50,095 bases of DNA, taken from Patescibacteria group bacterium. Its GTDB lineage: Bacteria; Patescibacteriota; Microgenomatia; Daviesbacterales; UBA10151. Location of the stretch: positions 1-50,095 of the forward strand of contig JBBTSA010000005.1 in NCBI GenBank assembly GCA_038064895.1. Direction: 5' to 3'. The notes under the pieces were generated by a model. That model saw only the letters and a program-made list of their open reading frames with translations, had not been told where the DNA came from and made no database searches. A program made the translations under genes and the position numbers. Positions 18,250 through 28,129 of the stretch are shown one piece after another. Position 1 is the first letter of the stretch; each line of letters opens with the position of its first letter.

Positions 18250-18273
18250 ACTTGTGGTGAGCGAAGCCAAACC

Positions 18274-19593
18274 ATGGATAATCTAAGACTTCAGCATAAA
18301 TTTTTAGAAATCATAAAATCTCAAGTATCCTCTGCTAATTTTAGGGCATGGTTTACAAACACCCATATAGAGAGTTTAGAGGAGAATAAAATAATTTTAG
18401 CAATCCCGTCAGCTTTTGTAAAAGAAACGCTAAATTTAAGACATCTTAAACTCATAGAGGATGTTCTTTTTCAAATTACAGGTAAGAAACTCAAGGTTGA
18501 ATTTACAATCAAAAACGGCCAGCTACCCAAACCAAACGGCGATGGAGAAGAAGATATTTTCCAACCCATAAGGACACATACAACCTCATTCCTTAACCCA
18601 AAATATACCCTGGAAAATTTTGTAGTGGGGCTTTCGAATAATGTAGCTTATGCAGCAGCACAGGCGGTAATACAAAACCCAGGTCTCTCTTATAACCCTC
18701 TTTTCCTTTACGGCGGCACCGGCGTTGGGAAAACTCACCTTATGCTTGCAATCGGCAATACCCTCCTCAAATCCAAACCTAATCTTAAAATAATTTATTG
18801 TCCCTCAGAAACATTTATGAATGATTATGTTAATGCAATACAAACCCATAAGATGGGTGATTTGCGCGCAAAATACAGAGCTTGCGATATGCTTTTAGTT
18901 GATGACATCCAATTTTTTTCAGGCAGGGAAGGAACCCAGCAGGAATTCTTTCATACCTTTAACGAACTTCAGAGTAAAAACTCACAAATGGTTTTGACAT
19001 CAGATAACCCCCCAAACGAGATAGCGAAACTTGAAGATAGGTTAAAATCACGCTTCCAAGGAGGATTGATGGTTGATATTCAACCACCTGATTTCGATAC
19101 AAGAGTCGCAATTCTTAAAGCAAGGTGCATGGAGAAAGGAGAGAGTTTAGAAGAAGATGCCTTAAAACTTTTAGCTTCCTCACTAGATTCTAATATTAGA
19201 GAGCTTGAAGGAAAGCTTATGCAAATAATGCAGTCATTAAAATTAAAAAATCTCGAAGCTACTTATGAGAATATCATTCCTTTTTTAAACCATCAGCCCA
19301 AAAAGAAAGGCCAAAACCCCAAGCAACTCTTATCTACGATTTCTGATTTTTTTAATTTAAATTTAAAGGACCTAGTAGGCCCAAGAAGACACAAAGAGTT
19401 GGTTCTGCCTCGCCATGTTGCTATGTACCTTTTATCCGAAGAGTTTGATATGACTGTTGAAAGCATTGGCAAGCTTCTTGGAGGAAGAGATCATACTACC
19501 GTTATGCACGGACGGGATAAGATAAAAAAAATGATTACAACCGATCGGGAGGTACAAAGGATAATGATTGAAGTTAAAAGCAGACTTAGCTAA
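18274..19593 (+). CDS. dnaA: Chromosomal replication initiator DnaA
   Basis: YNPLFLYGGTGVGKTHL, DDIQF, RLKSRF, GGRDHTTV; ATG 18274 preferred over TTG 18193. Confidence 0.98.
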   Translation: MDNLRLQHKFLEIIKSQVSSANFRAWFTNTHIESLEENKIILAIPSAFVKETLNLRHLKLIEDVLFQITGKKLKVEFTIKNGQLPKPNGDGEEDIFQPIRTHTTSFLNPKYTLENFVVGLSNNVAYAAAQAVIQNPGLSYNPLFLYGGTGVGKTHLMLAIGNTLLKSKPNLKIIYCPSETFMNDYVNAIQTHKMGDLRAKYRACDMLLVDDIQFFSGREGTQQEFFHTFNELQSKNSQMVLTSDNPPNEIAKLEDRLKSRFQGGLMVDIQPPDFDTRVAILKARCMEKGESLEEDALKLLASSLDSNIRELEGKLMQIMQSLKLKNLEATYENIIPFLNHQPKKKGQNPKQLLSTISDFFNLNLKDLVGPRRHKELVLPRHVAMYLLSEEFDMTVESIGKLLGGRDHTTVMHGRDKIKKMITTDREVQRIMIEVKSRLS

Positions 19594-19594
19594 G

Positions 19595-19775
19595 TTATCA
19601 ACAAAAAATCACAGTTATCCACAATTTATCCACAATAAATCCACTTCATACCAACACGAAATTTTACCAAAAATCAGATACAAAAACACTAATTTCCAAC
19701 ATACCCACAACACATATTAATATGACTACTATTTAATATATTTGTTGTATAATCTACAAACTTTGTGGAAAATCT
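19595..19775. promoter_or_regulatory. Probable oriC
   Basis: TTATCAACA (19595), TTATCCACA (19615 and 19626), an AT-rich tract near 19712-19745 and TGTGGAAAA near 19764. Confidence 0.85.
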
Positions 19776-19778
19776 AAA

Positions 19779-20231
19779 ATGGAAATAAATTGGTGGATTA
19801 TAGGAATTGTAACCCTGCTTTTGATAGTAACATACCTTATTGGAAGATTACATGGCAAAAAACCTTCTGATATTCCAGCGGATATAATAGATCTTTATAA
19901 AGGATTACAAGAACTCCCCCAAAAAGTTTTACAAGTTATTCAAGGCTCTATAAATCCTCAAAAGGGAAGGATGGCGGAACTTTTAACATATGCGGAGCTA
20001 AGATATGATTATGATCGGATTATTCCTTTAGGTTGGCCTATTGATTTTATAGGAATAAAAAACAACGATAGAATTGACTTTATAGAAGTGAAGTCAGGTC
20101 AATCTCCTATCTTGACAGAAGAGGAAAAACACATTAAAAACCTAATTAGCAAAGGTGCGGTAAGTTTTAGATTAATCAAGATCACAGAAGAGGAGATACA
20201 AAAATTTGTTGAGTCCAGGAAGGAAAATTAA
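19779..20231 (+). CDS. Membrane-anchored endonuclease related to archaeal Holliday junction resolvase
   Basis: N-terminal TM; KGRMAE, LGWPIDFIG, FIEVKSG...LTEEE..I...I..G.V.F. Confidence 0.75.
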   Translation: MEINWWIIGIVTLLLIVTYLIGRLHGKKPSDIPADIIDLYKGLQELPQKVLQVIQGSINPQKGRMAELLTYAELRYDYDRIIPLGWPIDFIGIKNNDRIDFIEVKSGQSPILTEEEKHIKNLISKGAVSFRLIKITEEEIQKFVESRKEN

Positions 20232-21332
20232 GTGAAGTTTAGCTGTTTACAGCAAGATCTTCTGCCTATTCTCCAATCAGTAAGCAGAGCTGTTGGGATA
20301 AGGTCGACGCTGCCGGTTTTAGACAATATTCTTTTTTCAGTTGAGGGCAAAAAACTAAAGGTTGCTGCAACTAATTTGGAAATTGGTGTAATTAGATTCA
20401 TACCAGTAGATGTTTTAGAAGAAGGAGCAACCACCGTGCCCGCAAAAACTCTTTTGGAGCTATTTTCCGGTATGGGTCAGGGTAAGGTTACCATAGAATC
20501 CAAGGATGATTTGCTTAGTCTTCAAAGCGGCAGCTTCCATGCTGAAATTAACGGTATCGCCGCCTCCGAATTTCCGGCAATCCCTCTTTCAAAAGAAGGA
20601 GGGATAACCCTACCAAAATCAGTTCTTCTTCGAAGTGCAGAAATTCTTTTTGCTGCTGCTGTTGATGAGGGAAGACCTGTTTTAACCGGAGTTTTAACAG
20701 AAGTTAAAGATACCAAGCTGGATATGGTTGCAACAGACGGCTTCAGGCTTGCGCACAGGCAAGTTGCCATTCCGAAAACTACCGGTGCTTTTAAGAGCCT
20801 GATTCCCAGAAGGACTTTGGAAGAAATTCTTAAAATTTTGGATGAGAGTGAAGTAGAAGAGGTTGAAATAAATCTTTCTGAAAATCAGAACCAGATTATT
20901 TTTAATATTGGATCTGCTGTGCTCTCCTCAAGACTTATTGAGGGACAGTTTCCTGCCTGGGAAAAAATAATTCCTCAAAATCTTGTGACAAGAGCGGTCC
21001 TTGAGCGTGAGGAATTTTTAAAAGCTATAAAACTTGCAGCTGTTTTTGCAAAGAATGAGGCTAATATTGTGGTTTTAACAACAAAAAAGGGCTTCTTGGA
21101 GCTTAAATCTTCTGCAAAAGAAATAGGCAGTCAGGAAAATCAGGTAGAAGCCCAGACAGAAGGGGAGGAACTCCAAATTGCATTCAACGCCAAGTTTTTA
21201 ATGGATGCATTATCTAATATCCCCGCCGCCCAACTTACAATGGAGTTTTCAGGACCTTTGTCCGCAAGCTTAATCAAGCCGGTTGGAGAGGAAGGATTGG
21301 AATTTATAGTCATGCCAGTTAGACTCAGTTGA
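20232..21332 (+). CDS. dnaN: DNA polymerase III beta clamp
   Basis: ATNLE, RPVLTGV, ATDGFRL, SRLIEGQFP, VMPVRL. Confidence 0.98.
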   Translation: MKFSCLQQDLLPILQSVSRAVGIRSTLPVLDNILFSVEGKKLKVAATNLEIGVIRFIPVDVLEEGATTVPAKTLLELFSGMGQGKVTIESKDDLLSLQSGSFHAEINGIAASEFPAIPLSKEGGITLPKSVLLRSAEILFAAAVDEGRPVLTGVLTEVKDTKLDMVATDGFRLAHRQVAIPKTTGAFKSLIPRRTLEEILKILDESEVEEVEINLSENQNQIIFNIGSAVLSSRLIEGQFPAWEKIIPQNLVTRAVLEREEFLKAIKLAAVFAKNEANIVVLTTKKGFLELKSSAKEIGSQENQVEAQTEGEELQIAFNAKFLMDALSNIPAAQLTMEFSGPLSASLIKPVGEEGLEFIVMPVRLS

Positions 21333-21335
21333 ATT

Positions 21336-21782
21336 TCACACTCCGCTGTACTGTATCGTCCTGAAATGAAACACTTTTTCTCCATCCAGTCTTTCTCCTC
21401 CTTCAAATTTTGCATCCTGATGGATAAATAGAGTATAGGTGGTTCCAAGCTCAAACTCTTTTTTGGGTGTGATTTTTACTGTTTTTCGGTTAAAAGATAG
21501 CTCCAAATTATATTCAATTTCCGGGTCTATCCTGTGTTTGAATTCGGGCGCATTTTCCAGGGGTTTGTTAAATCTAATCTCTACTGTTTCTTTGGCCGAA
21601 ACTATAGATCCTTCCAAAGGATCTGGTTTTGTAGAAACTATTTTAGGAGGCTCATTTTCAGAGATAGCCATAGGGGCTGTGGACTGCTGTGAGCCTTCTG
21701 GAATAGGTTTATCTTCTTGACTTAGGAAAATATAGGCTGCTGTTAAAACAATAATTATTCCTAAAATAATTTTATATTTCAT
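21336..21782 (-). CDS. Membrane-anchored Ig-like (Big_5/SbsA-type) protein
   Basis: PPKIVSTKP...IRFNKPL...ITP...GTTYTL.I...F.F.T. Confidence 0.75.
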   Translation of the reverse strand: MKYKIILGIIIVLTAAYIFLSQEDKPIPEGSQQSTAPMAISENEPPKIVSTKPDPLEGSIVSAKETVEIRFNKPLENAPEFKHRIDPEIEYNLELSFNRKTVKITPKKEFELGTTYTLFIHQDAKFEGGERLDGEKVFHFRTIQYSGV

Positions 21783-21784
21783 AA

Positions 21785-23275
21785 TTAATTCCGAAGGATT
21801 TCCTGAATAGTGTTAAATATTCTAGTTCTTGCATCATCATCTGTAACGTATAACAATTGTGAATGGCCTAGATTAGCCTCTCCCAGATCCAGGATTTCTC
21901 CGAATCCCGGAATGATTGCATACTCCGGTGGGACTAATTTGTCGCCCCTATTCCCAAAACAGAAAATATGAATCCCGTTTCTCTCTTGAAGAAATTTAGC
22001 AGAACGTGTATTAATTGCTTTAGTAAATTCCAAGGCTTCAGGTCTTCCCAATGCTCCAAGATATGCTGTTGCAGGATTTCCAATCTGTGTTTCCAAATCC
22101 AAAATTCCTGCTGATTGTGCATATGTAATAAAATCCTCAAATGGAACACCGTTTACAGGAGAATGTAGTAGTAGCGCCAATCTTGTCCGAGCTAAGTTAT
22201 GGTGGGGTCCGTTTGGCGGTAAAATGCGATCCCAAAAATACCTTAACAAAACATTCCCTCCAAAAGAATGTGCCTCAAAATCTATACGATTGTAATGAGG
22301 GCTTAATTTATCAATCATATCTTCAAGATAATCAACGCTTCTCTCAATAGGTTGATAAGTATGGCTTGGTTCATATGGATAAGGGGACCATATGGGCGGT
22401 GCATTATTTGAAAATTCAATTACCTCACCCCCTGCGTAACTGAATTGGGCAGACATATCATAACCAAGAACAGGTAAATCTGAATATCTAAAAGGTCCGT
22501 CACCTAATCCCATTCCGGGACGGATTCTACTTCCCAAGCCTTCCAGAAAAATTGCACAGGATCTTTCTACAAGAGATGAGGAAGGATTATAATCCCCTCC
22601 CTTCCACATATTCCAGTATCCGTCAACAGTAGAAGGCACAAATTCCTGTATTTCTGTCACATCTCCTCCTCTTATACCACCTGCATCCCTTAACCCTCCT
22701 TCCCCTGTATAGACAACAAGAGCAATTCCTCTACTTGCAAAAACATGAGTATTATATGGCCCCCAGATTTGAGGGTAATAGGAACGTGGTGCCATAGTAT
22801 ATATTTCTCTGGAACTCGGATGATGAATAATAGTATCAGGTGTTTGAGAGAGTGGCATGAAATCTTCTTTTCCCCCCCCACCAGATCTTTTAAACAAGGC
22901 AACGCCGTCTTTTTGAGTAATGGCCAAATTTATACTTCCTCTTACACTGTCCATGCCGCTCAAATAACTTGGCATTGTATATCTTATTAACTGACCCATA
23001 TTTCTTTTTGGTAATGGATCAGATGATGAAGAGTAAAGCGGGGAGAGAATTCTGTTCATCCATTGATGTATACTGTTAACTTCTTCATCAGTTGTTTTAC
23101 CTACCTCAATACTCCTAAAAGCACTGAGAGCCTGTTCTAATGCCGATTGAGCAGAAATGTGGTTTGGCCAGAGGATATTATGGGCAGTGAGGCCTGCAGC
23201 AAAACCAGTTGCCACTCCCCCTAGAAATTGTCTTCTGCTAAGATAAAGATTTAAAATTGGTTCTTGATCTTTCAT
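21785..23275 (-). CDS. Exported protein with C-terminal alpha/beta hydrolase (lipase-like) domain
   Basis: SRRQFLGG N-terminus; AHSFGG nucleophile elbow, HSPVNG, GDKLVP, GHSQLL. Confidence 0.7.
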   Translation of the reverse strand: MKDQEPILNLYLSRRQFLGGVATGFAAGLTAHNILWPNHISAQSALEQALSAFRSIEVGKTTDEEVNSIHQWMNRILSPLYSSSSDPLPKRNMGQLIRYTMPSYLSGMDSVRGSINLAITQKDGVALFKRSGGGGKEDFMPLSQTPDTIIHHPSSREIYTMAPRSYYPQIWGPYNTHVFASRGIALVVYTGEGGLRDAGGIRGGDVTEIQEFVPSTVDGYWNMWKGGDYNPSSSLVERSCAIFLEGLGSRIRPGMGLGDGPFRYSDLPVLGYDMSAQFSYAGGEVIEFSNNAPPIWSPYPYEPSHTYQPIERSVDYLEDMIDKLSPHYNRIDFEAHSFGGNVLLRYFWDRILPPNGPHHNLARTRLALLLHSPVNGVPFEDFITYAQSAGILDLETQIGNPATAYLGALGRPEALEFTKAINTRSAKFLQERNGIHIFCFGNRGDKLVPPEYAIIPGFGEILDLGEANLGHSQLLYVTDDDARTRIFNTIQEILRN

Positions 23276-23280
23276 TAATT

Positions 23281-23724
23281 TTAAAATGTTGTCAAAGGTG
23301 CTTTAAAAATAATCTTATAAGGATTAGCCATATAAACTCCTTGAGTGCTCCTTGCTGAGAGGATTGTTAAAGTATATTCTTGATCTATAACCCACCAGGG
23401 ACCTTCTGCTTTTGGTTTGAAGATGACATTTTGGCCATTAAAGTTTACTGGCACATCAATAGGTGGCTCAATACTATATTCAAATGTCTTTGGATCGACT
23501 GCTTGAGTAAAAGTGATCATGATGGGTGTTACATAAGTAATCTGCATAAGATCTGATACAGGGGGTTTGATGGATTTGACAGCAAATATTTGGCTTTGAG
23601 TAGCTGTAGTGGGGATTGCTTGTGGCTGATTGGATAGACTGCCATCTTTAGGTCTTGTTGTTATAAATAAGAGAATGGCAAAGATAATAAGCAGTATAAC
23701 AATAATAAGCAGTGTTTTATGCAT
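23281..23724 (-). CDS. Membrane-anchored Ig-like protein
   Basis: TM then PIMITFTQAVD...IEP...FKP...YTLTI. Confidence 0.7.
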   Translation of the reverse strand: MHKTLLIIVILLIIFAILLFITTRPKDGSLSNQPQAIPTTATQSQIFAVKSIKPPVSDLMQITYVTPIMITFTQAVDPKTFEYSIEPPIDVPVNFNGQNVIFKPKAEGPWWVIDQEYTLTILSARSTQGVYMANPYKIIFKAPLTTF

Positions 23725-23726
23725 AA

Positions 23727-25679
23727 TTATTCACTTACACACAAACCTAATGACTCTGGGTCCAGCCAGCCGTTGTTTTCACCATAGTTAACAAGCTTTC
23801 GACCCCCCTCGTCACTCCCTATATTAACATGTAGATGAGGAAAGCCTGTATTAGCTATTGTGAGAACTGGGTCGCCTGAATGGTATCCTCTCCCCAAAGG
23901 TGGAGAGATGACAATTGGATCCACATGGATAAAATAAACCAGCCAGACATTGCCATCAACGTCTGTATTAAATACTCGGATATAACCGCCTCCTTCTTCG
24001 GGGGAGAGGGGACCAAAATCAAGACCTGAATTATGAAACCATGCTGAACTCTTACCGTTTATAAAGGGTAATTTAACTTGTTCTCCAGGGCTTGCATTTA
24101 TATCAATGGAGTGTGCTCTTCTTAATTTAGGTATTTCGTTCGGATCAGTAATGAGAACTATGCGGTCTTTAGTGTGGGGATTACTGCACCAGCCGTAATT
24201 TGATCCACAATGTCCTCTCTCAATTGGTTGAGTCCCACGACATTTATTTACATTAAATCTATTATCTGACATAAATGAACCGCAGCTGATAACCCTAGTG
24301 CCATCTAGAGGACAAGAGACAACTGCTCCGCCAGCAACAGGTGGGGATGTTGCAATAGGTGCCAATGCCCCCGGGCCTGAAGGGACAAGTTTTGAGTACC
24401 AGTCTTTTATATTTTTAGGGAAGAACTTATTTGCTAAAAAGCTGCAAGGAGACAGTTTTGATTCGCTATACATGCACATAAAGTTAGCAAACTTATCATT
24501 TCCAAACCTGGAAAAGTTATTAAACAAGCACTTTAAGGATAAATCAATATCTGCTGTTGGTTGTCCCGGAGCACACCCCAGGGGGTCGCTATAGTTTGGT
24601 ACGCCTTGGGCACCGGTTTCTTCAATCCAAAGGGTCAAGACAAAAGCTGGATTCCACCCATTGTTAATGCTTTGCTGAACAATTGTATCCCAGTTTGCAA
24701 GTTTTGCATTAGGCCAAAAACTTTTGACTTGATTTTTAATAACATCAGGATTGGAAACAGATATACTGGAATTTCGAAACGGGATTTTGTAATCTAAAGC
24801 TTGGCCTTGTCCAACTTGGGCAGGGGCTGGTTGGGTTCCCGGGGTTTGTGACGGGGCAAAACCTGTAAGAATACCTGCTGAAAGGAACAATCCTAAGAAA
24901 ATAAAAACCAATAATCTGCCGGAGATAGCTATCCCGCGCCCCCTGGTCATTTGAGTGCCAATATCTGCTAAAGCATAGCCTCCTCTCAAAAGAGTCCCTC
25001 CCAAAAACTTCCCTCCTCCTCCGGCAATACCACCTAACAGACCACCACCGCCTCTGCCAATGCCTCCAAGCATGCCGGAAAGATTAGTACCAGCTCTTGT
25101 AAGGCCCTTTTTTAACCCAATGCCAGTTTTATTGCCTACTTCTTTTACTACCTTTTCTCCAATGATATTCATGTTTTTATTGGCAATAAATAATTTTGAT
25201 CCTGGTGTTTCTTCTGGAGTATGGGGAATATCATGAATTACTATCTTAGGTGCAGCGTGAATAGAAGGAGTTGAGGGAAGATTTGGAATGCCTTGGTCAG
25301 CCATAGTGGATGAAGGTTCTCCAACTGGAGGCTGCTCAGCTTGTTCGCTCGTCTGTGCCTCTTGAGTCGGCTGTTCGCTTACCTCTTCTCCTGTTGATTT
25401 TTTTTCTAAAATTACCCTAAACTCTTCTTGTTGTTTTTGAGTAAATCCCGCCTTTGCCAGAAAATCTTCTTTCTTGCGAGGATCTTTTAGGTATTGAATT
25501 AAAGTATTAATTAGAGTGTTGTCGTCCTTAAACTGTTCTGCCTGAAATTGCGGGAGTTTTCTAAGCGAGGCAAGGGAGTTTGCTCTGATGGAGTAAGGAA
25601 TATTGAAATCCGGTTTGTAGTTAACATCCTTTATTGCCTGGAAAAGTGTCTTGAGATTTTGAAGATCCCTTAAGTCCAT
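23727..25679 (-). CDS. Membrane protein with lysozyme-like and M23-like peptidase domains (putative T4SS wall hydrolase)
   Basis: Gly-rich linker, TM, NPAFVLTLWIEETG, HSIDI, IH, PHLH. Confidence 0.65.
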   Translation of the reverse strand: MDLRDLQNLKTLFQAIKDVNYKPDFNIPYSIRANSLASLRKLPQFQAEQFKDDNTLINTLIQYLKDPRKKEDFLAKAGFTQKQQEEFRVILEKKSTGEEVSEQPTQEAQTSEQAEQPPVGEPSSTMADQGIPNLPSTPSIHAAPKIVIHDIPHTPEETPGSKLFIANKNMNIIGEKVVKEVGNKTGIGLKKGLTRAGTNLSGMLGGIGRGGGGLLGGIAGGGGKFLGGTLLRGGYALADIGTQMTRGRGIAISGRLLVFIFLGLFLSAGILTGFAPSQTPGTQPAPAQVGQGQALDYKIPFRNSSISVSNPDVIKNQVKSFWPNAKLANWDTIVQQSINNGWNPAFVLTLWIEETGAQGVPNYSDPLGCAPGQPTADIDLSLKCLFNNFSRFGNDKFANFMCMYSESKLSPCSFLANKFFPKNIKDWYSKLVPSGPGALAPIATSPPVAGGAVVSCPLDGTRVISCGSFMSDNRFNVNKCRGTQPIERGHCGSNYGWCSNPHTKDRIVLITDPNEIPKLRRAHSIDINASPGEQVKLPFINGKSSAWFHNSGLDFGPLSPEEGGGYIRVFNTDVDGNVWLVYFIHVDPIVISPPLGRGYHSGDPVLTIANTGFPHLHVNIGSDEGGRKLVNYGENNGWLDPESLGLCVSE

Positions 25680-25694
25680 ATAGTTAGAGTATCA

Positions 25695-27419
25695 TTAAAC
25701 ATTTTGTCTTGCCAATATCTCTTGAGGACTTGATGTAATCAGTTGATGTTCCCAGCCCGATGCTAAAATTTTCATTGCTGCATGGGTACTGCCTGCAAAA
25801 AATAAACCTTCTCCTACCCCTTCTGAAAGCAGAAGTCTTTGTTCTCCTTCCGAAAGATTAAAAAGTTGGGCTAAAAGATCAATTGATGCGGGTGCTTGCT
25901 TAAGGAGTACTTGTATGGATGAATTGGAAATAATTTCCTTGCCCCGCTCGGTTGCTAAAAAATCCTCAACATCCTGTGTTATGGTTGTCAGTCCTAAATA
26001 ATACTTGCGGGCTCTTTTTGCCATGTCTACCAAAAAGTCGGCCGAGTCCGGAAACCTCATTAGATACCAGGCCTCATCAACAATAAGAATTCTTTTTTTT
26101 AGTTTGCTGCGGACTTTTGTCCAAATAAAATCTAAAATCATATGAATTGCCAAAGGCCGTAGTTGATCCGGAAGGTCTCTTACCGAAAAAACAGTAAATG
26201 AGTTTGTTATATCAATATTGGAATGAGCAGAAAAAATACCTGCCAAAGAACCCTTGATGAATCTCTCAAGCCTTGCTGATAGTTCCCCTGCAACTTGCTC
26301 CTCCATACCAATAAGGACTTTATACAGGTCCTCCATAAGAGGCGGGGTTTTAATTTGTGTTTTAGGATCATCAGTTATGCCCTTAAGCGCATAAGTTTGT
26401 TTTAAGGCTCTGTCCAGGATAGCTGCCTCTTGAGCAGATAAATTACCTAAAACGAGCTTTAAAAAAGAGGTTAAAGACAAAATTTTTCTGCCTAACTCAT
26501 TTTCTCCTGTTACAGAAGTTCCTGACATGTCAAAAGGATTAATTTTGGCAGGAGAAGAGGTAGAGAAGTTAACAAATTCACCGCCTACTGCTTGTGTCAA
26601 AGGTAAATATTCTTGTTCAGGATCAATGATTAATATTTCAGTACCAAACATGAGTGACCTTAAAGCCTCAAGTTTAACTAAAAAACTTTTCCCACTGCCG
26701 CTTTTGCCAAAATAACAGGCATTAGCATTCTCCAGGGAGAACCTGTCAAAAAGAATTAAAGAATCATTATGCTCATTTATGCCATACATGATTCCTTCAT
26801 TTGCAGTAAGTTCCGATGATGCAAAAGGGAATGTTGTTGCCAATGATGTAGTATCCATATTGTGAGTTAAGTTTAAAAGATCCGAACCTATAGGCAGTGT
26901 GGATTTGAACCCGTCTTCCATTTGAAGGGTTGTGGGTCTGGCAGTTATTGAAAGAGAAGCCAGTGTTGATTCAACAAGCTTGGAAGTGTTTCGTAATTCA
27001 TCCAAATCTTTGGCAGGTACGCTTATATAAAGAGCAAATTGAAAAAATCTCTCCGTGCCCCTTACCAGCTCATCCTGCAAAGCTCGTGCGTCTTCCAGGG
27101 TAACCTGTACAGCAGGATCCATAGCTTTTCCTCTTTCAAGATCAGTTTGGATTGTTGCCTCCATTTCAGCAATTTTTCTTTTTAAATCATCGAGCACGCC
27201 TGCTGATTCTGACGGGTATATAAAGATGGATATAAAGAGCGAGCGGTCAAAAGAGATTAAGGGTTCCAGCCAGTTAGGTTCAACAAATCTTGGATATTTT
27301 GAAACAAAATATGTTCTTAAAAAACGATTATTAATTCGGACATGATTAAAATCAACCTCTATTTCTGAAGGAGCAAGAACATCAGAGATAGTTAATTGAG
27401 GAGTAGTTGGGTCTTTCAT
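25695..27419 (-). CDS. virB4: VirB4-like ATPase
   Basis: GKSGSGKS, IIDPEQEY, INPFD, LIVDEAW, KRARKY, ITQDV.DF, GEGL. Confidence 0.93.
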   Translation of the reverse strand: MKDPTTPQLTISDVLAPSEIEVDFNHVRINNRFLRTYFVSKYPRFVEPNWLEPLISFDRSLFISIFIYPSESAGVLDDLKRKIAEMEATIQTDLERGKAMDPAVQVTLEDARALQDELVRGTERFFQFALYISVPAKDLDELRNTSKLVESTLASLSITARPTTLQMEDGFKSTLPIGSDLLNLTHNMDTTSLATTFPFASSELTANEGIMYGINEHNDSLILFDRFSLENANACYFGKSGSGKSFLVKLEALRSLMFGTEILIIDPEQEYLPLTQAVGGEFVNFSTSSPAKINPFDMSGTSVTGENELGRKILSLTSFLKLVLGNLSAQEAAILDRALKQTYALKGITDDPKTQIKTPPLMEDLYKVLIGMEEQVAGELSARLERFIKGSLAGIFSAHSNIDITNSFTVFSVRDLPDQLRPLAIHMILDFIWTKVRSKLKKRILIVDEAWYLMRFPDSADFLVDMAKRARKYYLGLTTITQDVEDFLATERGKEIISNSSIQVLLKQAPASIDLLAQLFNLSEGEQRLLLSEGVGEGLFFAGSTHAAMKILASGWEHQLITSSPQEILARQNV

Positions 27420-28129
27420 CCTTCCTCCAGTTCCTCCACCACAAAAGGATGGGTTTTTGATATGCTTGGCCGGGTTATTGGTGGAGGCATGGAGGGTGGA
27501 GGCTCTTTTTTGGGAGTCTTAACTACCTGGGGACTTTTTAATGTGGCGGGCTGGGTTTGTCTTGAATGGATCGGGGCAAAACTTGCTTCATTGTATATGT
27601 CAAAAAAAAGTTCTGTTAGTTTATCGGAAGTTAACTGGGTTGCTTTAAGCCCGGCTCTTGCAAGCTGCCTTATTACCTGATCACGTCTTGGCAAAAGAGT
27701 GGTTTTAATCTTTTGTCTAAGTGTTTCTCTGCTTGTTATAAGACCAAGCTCCAGTTTAAAAAGAGGAATAACAACATAGAATTTTTTATCCAAAACCTCC
27801 CTTTCCTTTATAAGGGTTTGGATAAAAAGTCTGTAATTTACCATCATTTTGGAAAGCAGGGTATTAGTTTGAGTTTGTTGGGCTTTATCTAAAAGATTTA
27901 AATATGAGGAGATATTTAGCCTTTTTGAGTGAATCATAATTTGAATACTGAAAGATAGCGAATTTAGCATTTGAGCAAAGCTTACGATAATTCCAAGCTG
28001 TTCTCTTTCAGATAAAAGTCCAAAATTTACAGCAGAGACCTGCAGCACAAGTGCGCCGCCGCCGGTCTTTAATAGCACCATGTCATCTACTATATCTTTA
28101 ATCGGTATATGATCCTGCGTTGTATTCAT
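27416..28129 (-). CDS. Protein resembling the VirB4/TraC N-terminal region
   Basis: VSAVNFGLLSE.EQ..I...F..MLNSL; lies between prgI and virB4. Confidence 0.75.
   Translation of the reverse strand: MNTTQDHIPIKDIVDDMVLLKTGGGALVLQVSAVNFGLLSEREQLGIIVSFAQMLNSLSFSIQIMIHSKRLNISSYLNLLDKAQQTQTNTLLSKMMVNYRLFIQTLIKEREVLDKKFYVVIPLFKLELGLITSRETLRQKIKTTLLPRRDQVIRQLARAGLKATQLTSDKLTELFFDIYNEASFAPIHSRQTQPATLKSPQVVKTPKKEPPPSMPPPITRPSISKTHPFVVEELEEG

Noticed and set aside
18193-18273. N-terminal extension of DnaA from TTG 18193
   Set aside because: It runs through DnaA boxes and a degenerate palindrome; ATG 18274 fits the DnaA domain I start.
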